DNA of 64,000 bases from Lingula anatina. Its lineage: Eukaryota > Animalia > Brachiopoda. Each line of letters opens with the position of its first letter. Positions within the stretch are counted from its first letter, which is position 1. The stretch is from assembly GCA_051362555.1 (NCBI GenBank), contig CM120640.1:1612001-1676000 (forward strand). The letters are read 5' to 3'. The notes beneath the pieces were generated by a model. It was given only the letters and a program-made list of their open reading frames with translations, was not told the DNA's origin and ran no database searches. This document shows, in pieces, positions 49,418-61,450 of this stretch. Made by a program: the position numbers and the translations under genes.

Positions 49418-51585
49418 CCCTCATCCACAAGGAAATGGAACCCTACGTAAACCCTGAAATCGGGCCTCAGAGGCCCGGTGTACCATGAAAATCTGACTCC
49501 CCCCAAAAACATTCAAAAATCTAATCTATTTTGAGTAAATGACTATGATCATGTAGTATGCATAATGTAGGACACATTGGCACTTTTTGTTAGTTTGCAG
49601 GTGAAAAGTTTCATGAAAAAATTTTTAAAAAAATTAAAGATTTGTATTTTACCACCCAAGGACTCCCCTATGAAAAAGCTATTAATTTGACATTTGATGA
49701 CCATTTCAACATCTTTTCTTTGAGGATACTTTATGAGGAATATATTGAAAGTGCTTGAAAGTTTAATGGTTAAAAAATTGGGTGAAAAAAAACAATAATA
49801 AAAAAACATTAAAAAATAAGAAAAATTAAAGATTTATATTCTAACACCCAATGACCCCCCTATGAAAAAGCTATTTATTTGATATTTGATGATCATTCTG
49901 ACATCTTTTCTTTGAGGATACTTTATGAGGAATATATTGAAAGTACTTGAAAGTTTGATGGTTAAAAAATTGGGTGAAAAAGAATAATAAAAAAACACAT
50001 GAAAAATAAGAAAAATTAAAGATTTGTATTCTAACACCCAATGACTCCCCTATGAAAAGGCCATCTATTTGATATTTGATGATCATTCTGACATCTTTTC
50101 TTAAGGATACTTTATGAAGAATATATTGGAAATATTTGAAAGTTTGAATGGTAAAATACTGGGTATGCTATATAAGAAGAATTCAGTAAAAAGGCGATGG
50201 GGCCAATTTCTTGAGTTAAAAATGTAGCATTTTGACATGGAAGTGCAAAACCTACAGGTAGTAAGATGAATACTTGTTTTAAAAATATTCACCAAAGTTT
50301 TCACCACCAAACTGTCAAATAATAAAAAAATGTACATCTCTGTGCAAACTATGTAGAAAACAATGGTATGGTGACTGAATATAAAACAGGTCCTTTTCTT
50401 TATGGGAATCCAAATCTCATGGGTATAAAAATGAAGATTTTCATGATTTATTTTTCATTCTTTCACTCACTATTTTATCATCAAACTTTTAAATATTTCC
50501 AATATATTTTTCACAAAGTATTCTAATAGAAAAGATGTCAGAATGATCATCAAATATCAAATAAATAGCTTTTTCCTACGGGAGTTATTGGGTGATAAAA
50601 TGCACATTTTTAATTTTCAATTTTTCATTTTTTTTTTTTTTAGTTTTTTCACCCAATAGTTTACCATCAAACTTTCAAATATTTCCAATATAATCTTCAT
50701 AAAGTAAATTTAAAGAAAAGATGTAGAAATGATCATCCAATATCAAATAAATAGCTTTTTCAAAGTGGAGACAATGGGCAGTTAAGTGCACATTTTTGAT
50801 TTTCTTATTTTTTTATGAAAATATTCACCTGCAAACTTAAAAAAAGTGCCAAAGTATCCTCCATTTTACATACTACAAGATCACAGTCATATACTCAAAT
50901 AAAATAAGATTTATGAACATTTGTGAGGGGGGAGTCAAATTTCCATGGGGAGTCAGATTTTCATCATGAAAACCTGACTGGGGGAGTCAGATTTTCATGT
51001 TACACCAGTCCCTTGCTCGCTTTACCTCCACCTGGGTGCATGAGTATACATGTACACTGTGTATGGAAAATGCGAAAAAACATTTTTTTCTCAAAATGGA
51101 AAGTTTCGCAAAGGTAGCGCAGTCTATCAGGTATGTAATAATGATAGACTTAAACTGATATCTGCATATCAGGTGACCAAGGTGACCGATTACTCATAAA
51201 TAATAATTTCTCCAGGTCTGGAATCTTTCACAGGCAGATTTCATTGACCATACTGATAGTCATAGCACACATGATATTGCTTGTGTAAAACATTTTATGG
51301 CAAAGATATTTGAGGTAACATGGACTTATTTATCCCATGTGGAAGTAAAATTATTAAGCGACCGGGCCTCAGAGGCCCGGTTTCCAGGAAATGGGACTAA
51401 CTTTTGGAAAAGTTAATTTCTACATATGTTGTAAATTATTTCAAAACTAATTATTTATCCATTGATGGGGTATAAGTTGCTTGAGGATTACATGAAAGGA
51501 ACAGGCTCAAAACCTCATGCGAACGACGAGAGAGCAAGAGATACATGGGTCCGGGCCTGCGAGGCCCCTGAAAGGTGATTGAGGG
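49418..51585. mobile_element. piggyBac-like non-autonomous element
   Basis: ttaa|ccctca...tgaggg|ttaa; subterminal palindromes cgggcctcagaggcccg near 49461, 51363 and 51552. Confidence 0.7.
49477..51006. mobile_element. Foldback-like element with internal ~185-bp tandem units
   Basis: ggtgtaccatgaaaatctgactcccc / ggggagtcagattttcatgttacacc; tandem units mirrored in the two arms. Confidence 0.75.
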
Positions 51586-52618
51586 TTAACATAGCAGTGG
51601 TTTCGTTGTAGTGCGAGTCTGGAGGAAACGAAACAGGATTGGGACATAACACCTGTGATTACACATGCTAAGATGAAAGGATTTACCTATACATTGTTGT
51701 TTTATCAAAAGCAGAGTGTATTTCATGTATTTAAATCCCAAAATTTAACAATTTGTTTAGTTCACGTGTATTGTAGATACTACTTTGTACTGAAGTTGAA
51801 AGTGAAATAACGCACAACTCGTTTTCACCATCCATAAAAATTGCGAAGTGCGAAGAAGAGCAATAAATTTGTTTTCTCTAGTGTGTGTGTGTGTGCCGTA
51901 ATTGATCCCTGAGATTTCCAAAAAACCATGAAAATACTATTCTGAGAACTTTATTTTCCATAAAAACGGATTTGAATTAACACCACATTTGTTATTCAAA
52001 CTTTTGATTATGAAAATAATGCCAAAACAATACCTTTAACTCCAACAATTTCATGCCCTACTTATGTATAAATACACCATGTTATTTCATTTAAATAAGC
52101 TAGTTTACATCTTGTTGTTTAATACATACAAGAGCCCTGATACATATTATATGGCCTTAAACTGTTGATATAATAAGCTTTCGTCTCTATGTTCATATAT
52201 AGTAAAATATGGATAATATAAAGTGGAAAGAAAATGAATGGTTAGCTATGGTTACTAAATAATTGTGAAAAGAAAAATAGAAATCGAACTGCTTCTTCCA
52301 GTATTAGCCAGTTTCAGCAGTAATATTTTATGATTCTACCTTATCATACAGCATGATGGATCCCGCGAGATTGCGCATGCGCACTGGAAGCATCATGTGT
52401 CTGCGAACTTGTGAAGCGTCAACACAGTTCTTTCGTACCTCGGTGGTTATATTTATTTTTCATAATACTATCGACAAATCAACACCAAGAACTTTATATT
52501 TTATTGCCAATTGATTTATCGTTCTTTTGAAGAACGTATTGGGAGATTTCCTCCCTTAAGCACTGGGCGTAAGGCCTTTTTGGTGCTAAGCTAGACCATT
52601 CGGAACTAGGTTGCCGTA

Positions 52619-53845
52619 ATGGCTGATGAAAGCACATGTAACCTAGCGTTGGCTAGCGAGAAAGAGAGCTCTAAGAAGAAGGAGCATTCTTCCAAGTCTT
52701 CAGATGGACATGCAAGCAGCTCAAAAAGCCATTCACATGGCAGTAGCTCTCATAAAAGCAGCAAAAGCAGCGAAAAAGCTATGGAAAAGACTTTAAAGTC
52801 TATTCAAGACCAACTGAAAACCATCACAGCAGGCCTTGCCCATGTGACTCCCATCGTCACCGAGCTCAAATCTGCGTATGATAATGCCCTGGTGGAGCAG
52901 GAGTATGATTTTTACGAGGCAGAGAATAGATCATTCGAGCTCAGTGATGGAGAGATTGAGGAAAATCAGATTTCAGACGAACCTCCATGCAAGCTATCTA
53001 AAATGGTAGCCGTGCACACGTCGCATATTAACACTCAAGATGGCGGCGGTGCAGAGTGCATTGACAGCTCACAGTTTGACAGTTTAGCAAAACTCGCCAA
53101 CAAACCTGAACCGGACGGACCGGAAATAAATGCCAAACTTGCAAAAGGAGTAACAGACCTGCTACAGCTTGGTATGAACCAAAATCACAGGGCCACTAAG
53201 ATGGAAAGCATCAAAACACCTTCAAACTGCAGCAGGCTGGATGTGGTCAGAGTCAACCCTGGCCTGTTCCAAACGTTCTCCAAAGAAACTAAAACGGAGG
53301 ATATTATGTTACAAAAAGTCCAAAAGCCCCTGTTAAAGGGTGTAACACATATTGTAAGGCTGAAAAACGATATCCATAAACTGGAGAAAACGCAAATTGC
53401 TGACATTCTGGATGACGCTATTGCATTAATAGCAGATGGATCACATGAGCTAGACTTGAGACGGAGAGCCTTACTTAAGCCAGGATTAAAACCACAATTT
53501 AAGTCTCTGGCAAGTGAAACGCAGCCTGTCACTGATCTACTCTTTGGAGAAGATTTAGAAAAGACTGTTGAAGAATTGAGTAAGTCCCATAAAGTGTCAG
53601 CCACAGTAACTGTCAATACAAGTAACAACAGGAAAAGAAGGCACTTTAGCCAGTATAATACTCATCAAGAATACTCAAAAGACAAGAGGTTTCCTTTTTT
53701 AGGACAGTCTCAAGGAAACAGTGCCAAAGGAACAAACCTCAGCAGTTACAGAGGCCGGCCGATGAATGTGGCACACAACAAACAAAAATTTCACCAGGGC
53801 TCTCAGCCGAAAGGCCAAAAGAGCTATCCCTCATTCACTCACTGA
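52619..53845 (+). CDS. DIRS-type retrotransposon ORF1 (gag-like)
   Basis: 408-aa ORF with P.NC..L.V.RVN, D...QK.Q, LDLRRR and LLFGEDL motifs, directly upstream of a DIRS-like RT. Confidence 0.75.
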   Translation: MADESTCNLALASEKESSKKKEHSSKSSDGHASSSKSHSHGSSSHKSSKSSEKAMEKTLKSIQDQLKTITAGLAHVTPIVTELKSAYDNALVEQEYDFYEAENRSFELSDGEIEENQISDEPPCKLSKMVAVHTSHINTQDGGGAECIDSSQFDSLAKLANKPEPDGPEINAKLAKGVTDLLQLGMNQNHRATKMESIKTPSNCSRLDVVRVNPGLFQTFSKETKTEDIMLQKVQKPLLKGVTHIVRLKNDIHKLEKTQIADILDDAIALIADGSHELDLRRRALLKPGLKPQFKSLASETQPVTDLLFGEDLEKTVEELSKSHKVSATVTVNTSNNRKRRHFSQYNTHQEYSKDKRFPFLGQSQGNSAKGTNLSSYRGRPMNVAHNKQKFHQGSQPKGQKSYPSFTH

Positions 53846-53859
53846 GTGACAGTGAACAG

Positions 53860-55236
53860 GTGAGCAGTAAATCTTCTTGTGACATGCTAAGAATTGATCC
53901 TATTTCTATAGATTTTGTTGCTGGGAATATACAAAATCATTTATCTAATTGGGGAAAAAATCACATCTGATATTAATGTTCTGAACATGGTGAAAGGCTA
54001 TAGAATTGAGTTTAATTCCTTGCCAGTACAGCACCTTGAACCAAATGAATGCAAGTTTTGCAATTCCGAAAAAGAGATAGTTAAGGAAAAAATTTTGAAA
54101 CTTGGAGAAAAAGGAGTAGTTGTGCTATCACAAGAGGAGCCAGGACAATATGTATCTCCTATTTTTCTACGGCCCAAAAAAGACGGCAATTTTCGTATGA
54201 TCCTCAACCTGAAAAAACTCAATCACAATGTTCATTACAAACATTTTAAAATGGATACCTTACAGTCTTGTGTAAACTTGATGTCACCTTCATGTTTCAT
54301 GGGCTCGATTGATTTGACAGATGCTTATTATTCTGTACCCATTCACAAAGAAAGTCAAAAATTTCTGAAATTTAGATTTGATGGCCAACTCTATGGGTTT
54401 ACTGTAATGCCAAATGGGTTAGCCTCTGCACCCAGGAATTGGACCTTATTGCTCAAACCAGTTTTTGCTTATCTTAGGGGTCAAGGCCACTTGTCCAGTG
54501 CATACCTAGATGATATTTTTCTGGCTGGTGATACATGGCAACAATGCCAAAATAATATTCAGGCAACTTTGAAATTGTTAAGAAACCTGGGATTTTTCAT
54601 AAACATCAAGAAATCTGCCATTATTCCTACACAAACAATAGAACACTTGGGAATGACAATAGCGGTCAATCAGGAAAAAATTGATAAAATTAAAACCTTA
54701 GGTTTTAAACTGATAAACTCACACATATGCAAGATCAGACAAGCAGCTCAGTTAGTTGGAACCATGGTGAGTTGCCTCCCAGGTGTTAAATTGGGAAAAC
54801 TGTATTACAGACACCTTGAACTAGATAAAATACTGGCTCTTAGGAAAAATGCTGGCAATTTTGATGCTGCCATGAAAATATCAAGCAGGGCAAAACAGGA
54901 CATACTTTGGTGGATTAGTAAGGCACATATAGATAAACAACCCATAGCTATAGGCAGTGCAACTATCATTTTAAAAACTGATGCCTCAAACAAGGGTTGG
55001 GGCGCATTTAGGGAAGGTACAGAACCGACAGGTGGTAAATGGGCAGCTGGTGACCTTTTTCAGCATATTAACTATCTTGAACTAAGAGGAGCCTTGTTAG
55101 GACTCCAGGCCTTGTGCAGTGACTTGAGTGATACTCACATTCTCCTGCAACTTGACAATATGACTGCTGTATGTTATATTAACAATATGGGAGGTAGTCA
55201 TAGCTTAAGCTGTAACAAGGTGGCTAGGGACATTTG
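53860..55236 (+). pseudogene. DIRS-type RT-RNase H, frameshifted near 53950 and truncated by an insertion
   Basis: SPIFLRPKKDG, IDLTDAY, PNGL, YLDD; TDASNKGWG, HINYLEL, DNMTAV; reading ends at VARDI. Confidence 0.88.
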
Positions 55237-56941
55237 TATGGTGGCCCCTATTGGATATTGCGACTTTTCGACTTTTAGAGTTTGCGACTTTTAGAGTTTT
55301 CGACTTTTCGAGTTTGCGACTTTTCGACTTTTTTCTGCGGACAGCTTTTTGCTGCGGAACTTCTGCACATTTGGCACGCGGAAAGCAAGCAATGGAAAAT
55401 CTTATTACTAGTTATTATTTCAAAGCAGGATATACACAGCAACTGAGATTGCTAAAACTTTGTCACTTGCCCATGGCACATATGTAAGGTGAGTGTAACT
55501 TCCCCTATGATATGGTACTGGAAAGGTTAGTATCCTCACTCATCAAACTTAATTATTGTAACTGATTATGCAAGGGGTCACGTCGGTGCGGGGGAGTATC
55601 CGGATGTAGTCTAATGTAATACTAGTTTTCAGTGCTTAATTAAGCCTCGAGGGCTTTGCACATTTATTTATTTGTATTTTATATTGCAAAAAGATGTCAT
55701 CTTTGCTCCCTCCTTTCTCTCCCCCCCTTCATCAAGCTTTTGCATTCTTGCATATTTAAACATTTTATGTTAGGCCTAAAGATATATATTTGCATGTTTT
55801 GTATTTATTTAGATTGTTGTACAATGTATACATATTTTCTCATTTCATACTTAGTGAATCCTACTTGAGGAAACGTCTTGTCAAATTGAACTTAAGAAGA
55901 AAATCAACTGAAGAGGATTTACCTGAAGTGATTCATGCAATGAGAGTGAGTCTTCTAAAGAGAAACTATATGATTGTAAAATGTTAAATATCCTGCTAAC
56001 TCATACATGTAGTTAAATTTGAAAACTTCTGCAAGTTTTGGCCTTTATTCTCATTTTGCACCAGGTAGTGCAAAATTCATGTACAAGCACTTCTTACTGG
56101 TGATTCTGGTATGCTTTGCCTATATCTGAATTGTCAATAGGAGTGCTACATGTAGTGCATGAATTTCGTGCTATGCACCAGGGTGTCTTTGAATGATTCT
56201 TTTTTAGCTCATTTTAGTCTTTATAGCATGTTACACTGAGGAATGCCTGTTTTTTTTTCCATGCAAAAATTTGATGTCCAGCTTATGATCTCAGCTTCTG
56301 AAATGAATTGACAAACAGTGCAATATACCAGTCGTTGAGCCCAATGAACACTCTGTTAATATTATTATGTTTACCAAGTCCAAAATTTAAATTATTTTTT
56401 GTTAAATCAGTATCAGGGGGTAACTCTTACTCCACTACAGTGAAGATAGGGTTTATTAAATTAGTAACTCATGTTTTAAGCAACATTTTCAGTTGCCTTA
56501 CATGCCTTGTTGCAAATAATGTAGTTTATAAGCTTGGATAATTATAGAAGATGCATTTTACAATTTACTATTCTATAATATTATTTATTACTATTTTACT
56601 ATTGATTATTTTAATTATAATGGGTTTTATGTAAGAATTAGACTGTTTGTAATCATTGTCTTTATTGTAATCTATTTTTTTTTAATTTGAGAATGTGGTT
56701 TATTATGTAGAATCTTGTGAAAATGAGGTTTAAATGCTTGTTTTTCATGTACTGTCACTAAACATGTGAAAATGGATTTTCATTTTCTGAGGCTGTTTTG
56801 CTGTAAAACCTTTGCAGGAAGAACTTGAAGGAACTGGCAGATGTCTTGGTTATCGTGGTATGTGGTCCCGACTGAAGAAAAAGTATGGTCTATCTGTAAA
56901 AAGGTACAGAAAACGTTTTTTTTTTTTTGCACTCAGCTTTG

Positions 56942-58280
56942 TTATTGTACCACCAGCGTAGGCGCTGGCGGTACACATGGTTTTAGTCCCGTCTGGATCA
57001 TTCTGCCCTCTCTGCCACCATGTTACCGTCTCCTCCTAGACTACAAGGACCTGCATACCCATCTCTTGGATTTAGGTCACCTATAATCTCAATTCGTTCC
57101 ACGTTAAATTTGGGCTTTGTCGGTGCTGGGGTCTAGATGTGGTGCTCATTGCAGTGCACCCTTGTCCAAAAATGGCAAAATTAAATGCTAATTATCTACC
57201 ATATCGAAGGAATTATGAGAAAAATTTCTACAGATGGCTGACTGAAAGTCAATTATATGTGGAGATTTCAAATATGCCCTTGGATTTGACCTGGAAAATA
57301 AAATATAAGGCTTGGCAAGGCAGACAACTTTGGGTCAAAAATGCCATTATTTTATGAAATTTGAACATCAAGAACTTCTGAGCACCTCCCATTTCAAGAA
57401 TTTCAACCAAAATGACCTTTTCTTTATTTCAATTAATTTTTTTGTTGGAAATTTATGGCATTATTGTAACTCCAAAATTGTAACATTTAGTCCCTTATAT
57501 CTCCAAAACTGGCAGAGATAGGTCCATAGTTACTATTGAAGTTGAATAGGAAGTCATATACTGGCAATTTGACTGTGACCTTGAAATTGACCTTTGACCT
57601 TCTTTTCACCAAGAACTTTGCAACCATTAACTTTGCAACCATTAACTTTGCAACATTTAAGTCCCTTATATCTTTTCACCACGAACTTTGCAACCATCAA
57701 CTTTGCAACCATTAACTTTGCAACATTTAAGTCCCTTAAATCTCCAAAACTGGCAAAGAAATGCCCATAGTTACTATTGAACTTGAATAGGAAGTCATAT
57801 ACTGGCAATCTGTGACCCTAAAATTGACCTTTGACCTACTTTTCACCATAAACTGAACTTTGCAACTTTTTTAATGCTTATACTTTCAAAACTGGCAAAG
57901 ATACACCCATAGTTACTATTGAATTTGACTAGGAAGTCATGCGAGGCAATTTAACTGTGACCTTAAAATTGACCTTTGACTTACTTTTCACCATGAACTG
58001 ATCTTTGCAAATTTTCATTCCGTTTTATCTCCAAAACTTACAGAGATTGGTGCATAGTTACTATTGAACTTGAATAGGAAGTCATATACTGGCAATCTAA
58101 ATGTGACCTTTAAATTGACCTTTGACCTACTTTTCATCATGAATTGAACTTTGCAACTTTTTCAGTGCTTATACTTTCAAAACTGGCAAAGATATGCACA
58201 TAATTACTATTAAATTTGAATAGGAAGTCATATATTGGCTATCTAACTGTGACCTTGAAATTGACCTTTACCTACTTTTT
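56942..58280 (+). repeat. HINE-like element with ~145-bp tandem units (gaccttgaaattgacctttgacc core); a further unit lies near 62085-62240
   Basis: 5' palindrome gtaccaccagcgtaggcgctggcggtac; about 5 units containing catagttactattgaa..aggaagtcat. Confidence 0.7.
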
Positions 58281-58369
58281 ATGAATGGTAAGAAGATTTT
58301 GTCTTACAATTTTAATCAAAATCGCTAGGGCAGAAATATGAAATTTGAAATATGAGAGAGCGTCCTTAA

Positions 58370-58699
58370 AGGGATAATTAAGGGACTCTTCGCTTTGGAC
58401 AAAAAATGAATTTTCCTGGAGTAAACAACAATTTTCCCATACTTACCAATGGTTAATGTATCCATTTTTACATTCAAAGTTAGTCCCTGTTTTTTTCTAA
58501 AAAGTTTGTTTTTTGTTTTAATCTCTTAAGATATTATAACAGAGAATAGCCATCAGTGGAGGTCACATGGTCTAAAGACAAGCTCAGATATCAGAATAAT
58601 AGCTATAACTGCCGTTTTTGTGGTATATCATATTTCTATGAGTTGTTCACAATGTTTTTATTGTGAAATATAGATCTCATATGAAGAGTTATTATCCTT
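58370..58699. mobile_element. Second copy of the TTAA-flanked MITE
   Basis: Similar to 36485-36837. Confidence 0.75.
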
Positions 58700-59014
58700 T
58701 CAAGGAAACAGCTTAATTGGGCAAAAAAAGGAAAAAGCACTACCACTAAATGTTCAACAAATAATACCAATCCCTTTAGCTTTATGTGGAGAAGATGGAT
58801 CCCCCTATGGAGAAGATGGACCCCCCTATAAAAGAAATAAGTCTTTATCAAGACATTTTTTTTTCAATCAAATTACCCACAAGCTTTTAATACAGGGTTC
58901 CCTAAAGAAATTGCCTATACTAACATAGTTATTGATGCAATGTTTCAGGTAATAGCACCACCATTACCATTACTTTCAAACAATATGCACAATCTTTTTA
59001 CAATAGGAATATCT

Positions 59015-59181
59015 GGGGTAGCGCTAACACTCACCAATTTAGCCAAATGCTAAAATTGGCTTAAATTGGTTAAAGAAAAAGGGCTTGATTTGATGTTTTA
59101 GCCAAATTATAACCATTTTGATAACAAACTGACAAAAATGTGGTGATTTGGCTAAGTGAAAAAAATTGCTAGCGCTACCCC
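59015..59181. mobile_element. Short MITE or hairpin
   Basis: ggggtagcgcta...tagcgctacccc with an inner ttagccaaat/atttggctaa pair. Confidence 0.6.
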
Positions 59182-59184
59182 CAT

Positions 59185-60330
59185 CCCCAGAAATGCACTG
59201 CATGACGTCACGTCTAGCCCACTGCGCATGTGTGCATTTTTAATGAGTTGCTAGATTGCCATAGGAAAATGAATGGGTTCGCGATTCGTGGGTAATTCGT
59301 GAGAATTGACAAACTAACGGCCTGATGCCGATAGACAGCAACGCTGTGCTATGCTTCAAGCAACTCCTGACCAAATATCGCTAGGGTTTTTTAAAAAATT
59401 CTGTTGTACACACGTACTAAGAAGTTTGCCATGTATTGCCTAGCCTACCCTCAGCAAAACGCAAATATTTTCAGTAATAGTGATTTTAGACGGTAGATTC
59501 ACTCAGAAACAAAGGCAAATTAATTCGTTGCCGATAGCACCAGCAGATAGCAGCACCATACAGAATCTGATTTAAAACTTTCATGGCAATTGAAGAACTT
59601 TTACCACTGTACAATGGAGTCCAAAAAAGCACTTGGCACAAATGTAAAACTGCCCAGTGCAAGGCCAAGAATTCAATCAGTATTTTCAATCATATTATCA
59701 GATTCCACATAAATTGACTGACCATATCACTACTCAGTATTTAACTAATCTCTTAATCCAAAATTCCTATCATCATTTAATAATTATGCAAAATTCTTCT
59801 TTCAGATTGCTATTTGTTTTAATTTTTAATGCTGCAACTGTTCCAAAATAATCTTGTAGTAAAGGAAAAATGCAAATAAGAAGTGGAAGACCAATTTTAC
59901 CCACATTATTCAATTATTTGAATATAAAAAGAATAAGATCACGATTTAACAAATTAAAATAATCTTTCATGAACTCTTTCATGAATAACATATTAAACAA
60001 AAATAAAAGTTATTAATCAGTGGTAATGGCTTATTCTGGAATATATGACCTCTGCACATCATCAGTACCTGACTTGGTACAGTATAGTTACTACTTGGAT
60101 ACAGAGTCAGATTTAATAATGTAACAATAAGAACAATATATATTATAATAAACTTCTCTGCACATAACAGACGCTTGCTACCATGAACTAACACTACTTG
60201 ACAATGGGCTGAGCACTTATCACAGAGTCTGTGTGCGATGCCATTGTTGTGCTGTGATTGGCTAGTTGAGTCACGTGAAGCCCTACTGTTGCGCCCTCGC
60301 GTATCGCGTGAATGCTGCGCATTTCTGGCC
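59185..60330 (-). mobile_element. Inverted copy of the 1.15-kb AT-flanked element
   Basis: Reverse complement of 47943-49096; AT on both sides. Confidence 0.8.
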
Positions 60331-60339
60331 ATGAGAATA

Positions 60340-61450
60340 TACTTAAATTATTTAAAGTCAAAGATATTGTGGAAATTCATGTTGTTTTCGATAAACCAGT
60401 GGACAAAAATAAATATTATCCTAAACAAGTTGAACATGATAGGAGAGATCAGGGTTGCTTAGGATTAAATGTGGAAGAAATTACTCATGAAACCTCTTTA
60501 CCAGCAGTCTGGCATGATTTTTTAAGCAATATCTAGATCTACCAAGGGTAAACTAATAGCCTACCTTGGTGATACCTTATTGCAGTTTCACTGTGAACAG
60601 TCACACTGAGATATAGGAGTACTAGGTTGTGTGTAGCTGGTAGTTATAATGACATATGCAAGTTAGCTGTCAGTGGTTCTGTTAGGGGGGATGCTTTATT
60701 TAGTTCAAATCATGAAGAAGGGGACAGTTTAGTCTGGCTTCACAGTCTGAATAGTTCAGAAAATAATATGATTATCATATCACCAGATACTGATGTACTA
60801 GAAATAGGGCTTGGTTTGTATGATAGCAGAGAGTACCTAGGTAAGAACATTTTGATAAAATTAAGTTGTAAGTTGTATGAGGAAATTTATGTTAATGTTA
60901 ATAGGTTGCATGGTTACATAGTTAATGATCCCGACTTGAGTAGGTTAGATAGGTCAAAGGTGGGTAAATTATGCAGGTTTTGTTAGTATGTTCTGGGTGT
61001 GATTATGTTTCGTTTTTTAGGGGATTTGGTAAAAAAACAATCTACTCTGTATTTTATAGGTATGCTGACTTTATATCTGGAAAAATTGCTGTAGTAACTC
61101 TTGATGAAGTAGGTGCAGGGAACTACAGAAGTCGACTATTAGCTTTTTACAGTCTGTCTCTTAGGTTGTCTTTATTTTAGAAAATGCTGCACAGGATAAT
61201 TTTAATTTCTTAATGAAAGGGTGTATAGTTGTAGGAAGGTAGACCACATGTGGCAACCGTTGTTGGAAGTTGTGTATGTGAAGGGGAGTGTTTAAATAGC
61301 TTAGATAATTTATGTAGTGAAGAAATTATAAAAGAAAACAGTGATAGTGAAAATAGTTGTAGTGAAGCAGAACTTAAAAAGCAATTCGAACATGCAAACA
61401 TAAATAGCTAGGCATGCTTTATTGAAAAGCAATTCGAACACGCAAACATA
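60340..61450 (+). pseudogene. Academ-like transposase relic (XPG/FEN-like nuclease region)
   Basis: NHEEGDSLVWLH, ISPDTDV and SGCDYVSFFRGFGKKT, with frameshifts and stops. Confidence 0.65.

Noticed and set aside
47943-60330. Inverted 1.15-kb pair as the long TIRs of one 12-kb element
   Set aside because: Each copy has its own termini and AT flanks, and the second is nested inside the IS3EU-like element.
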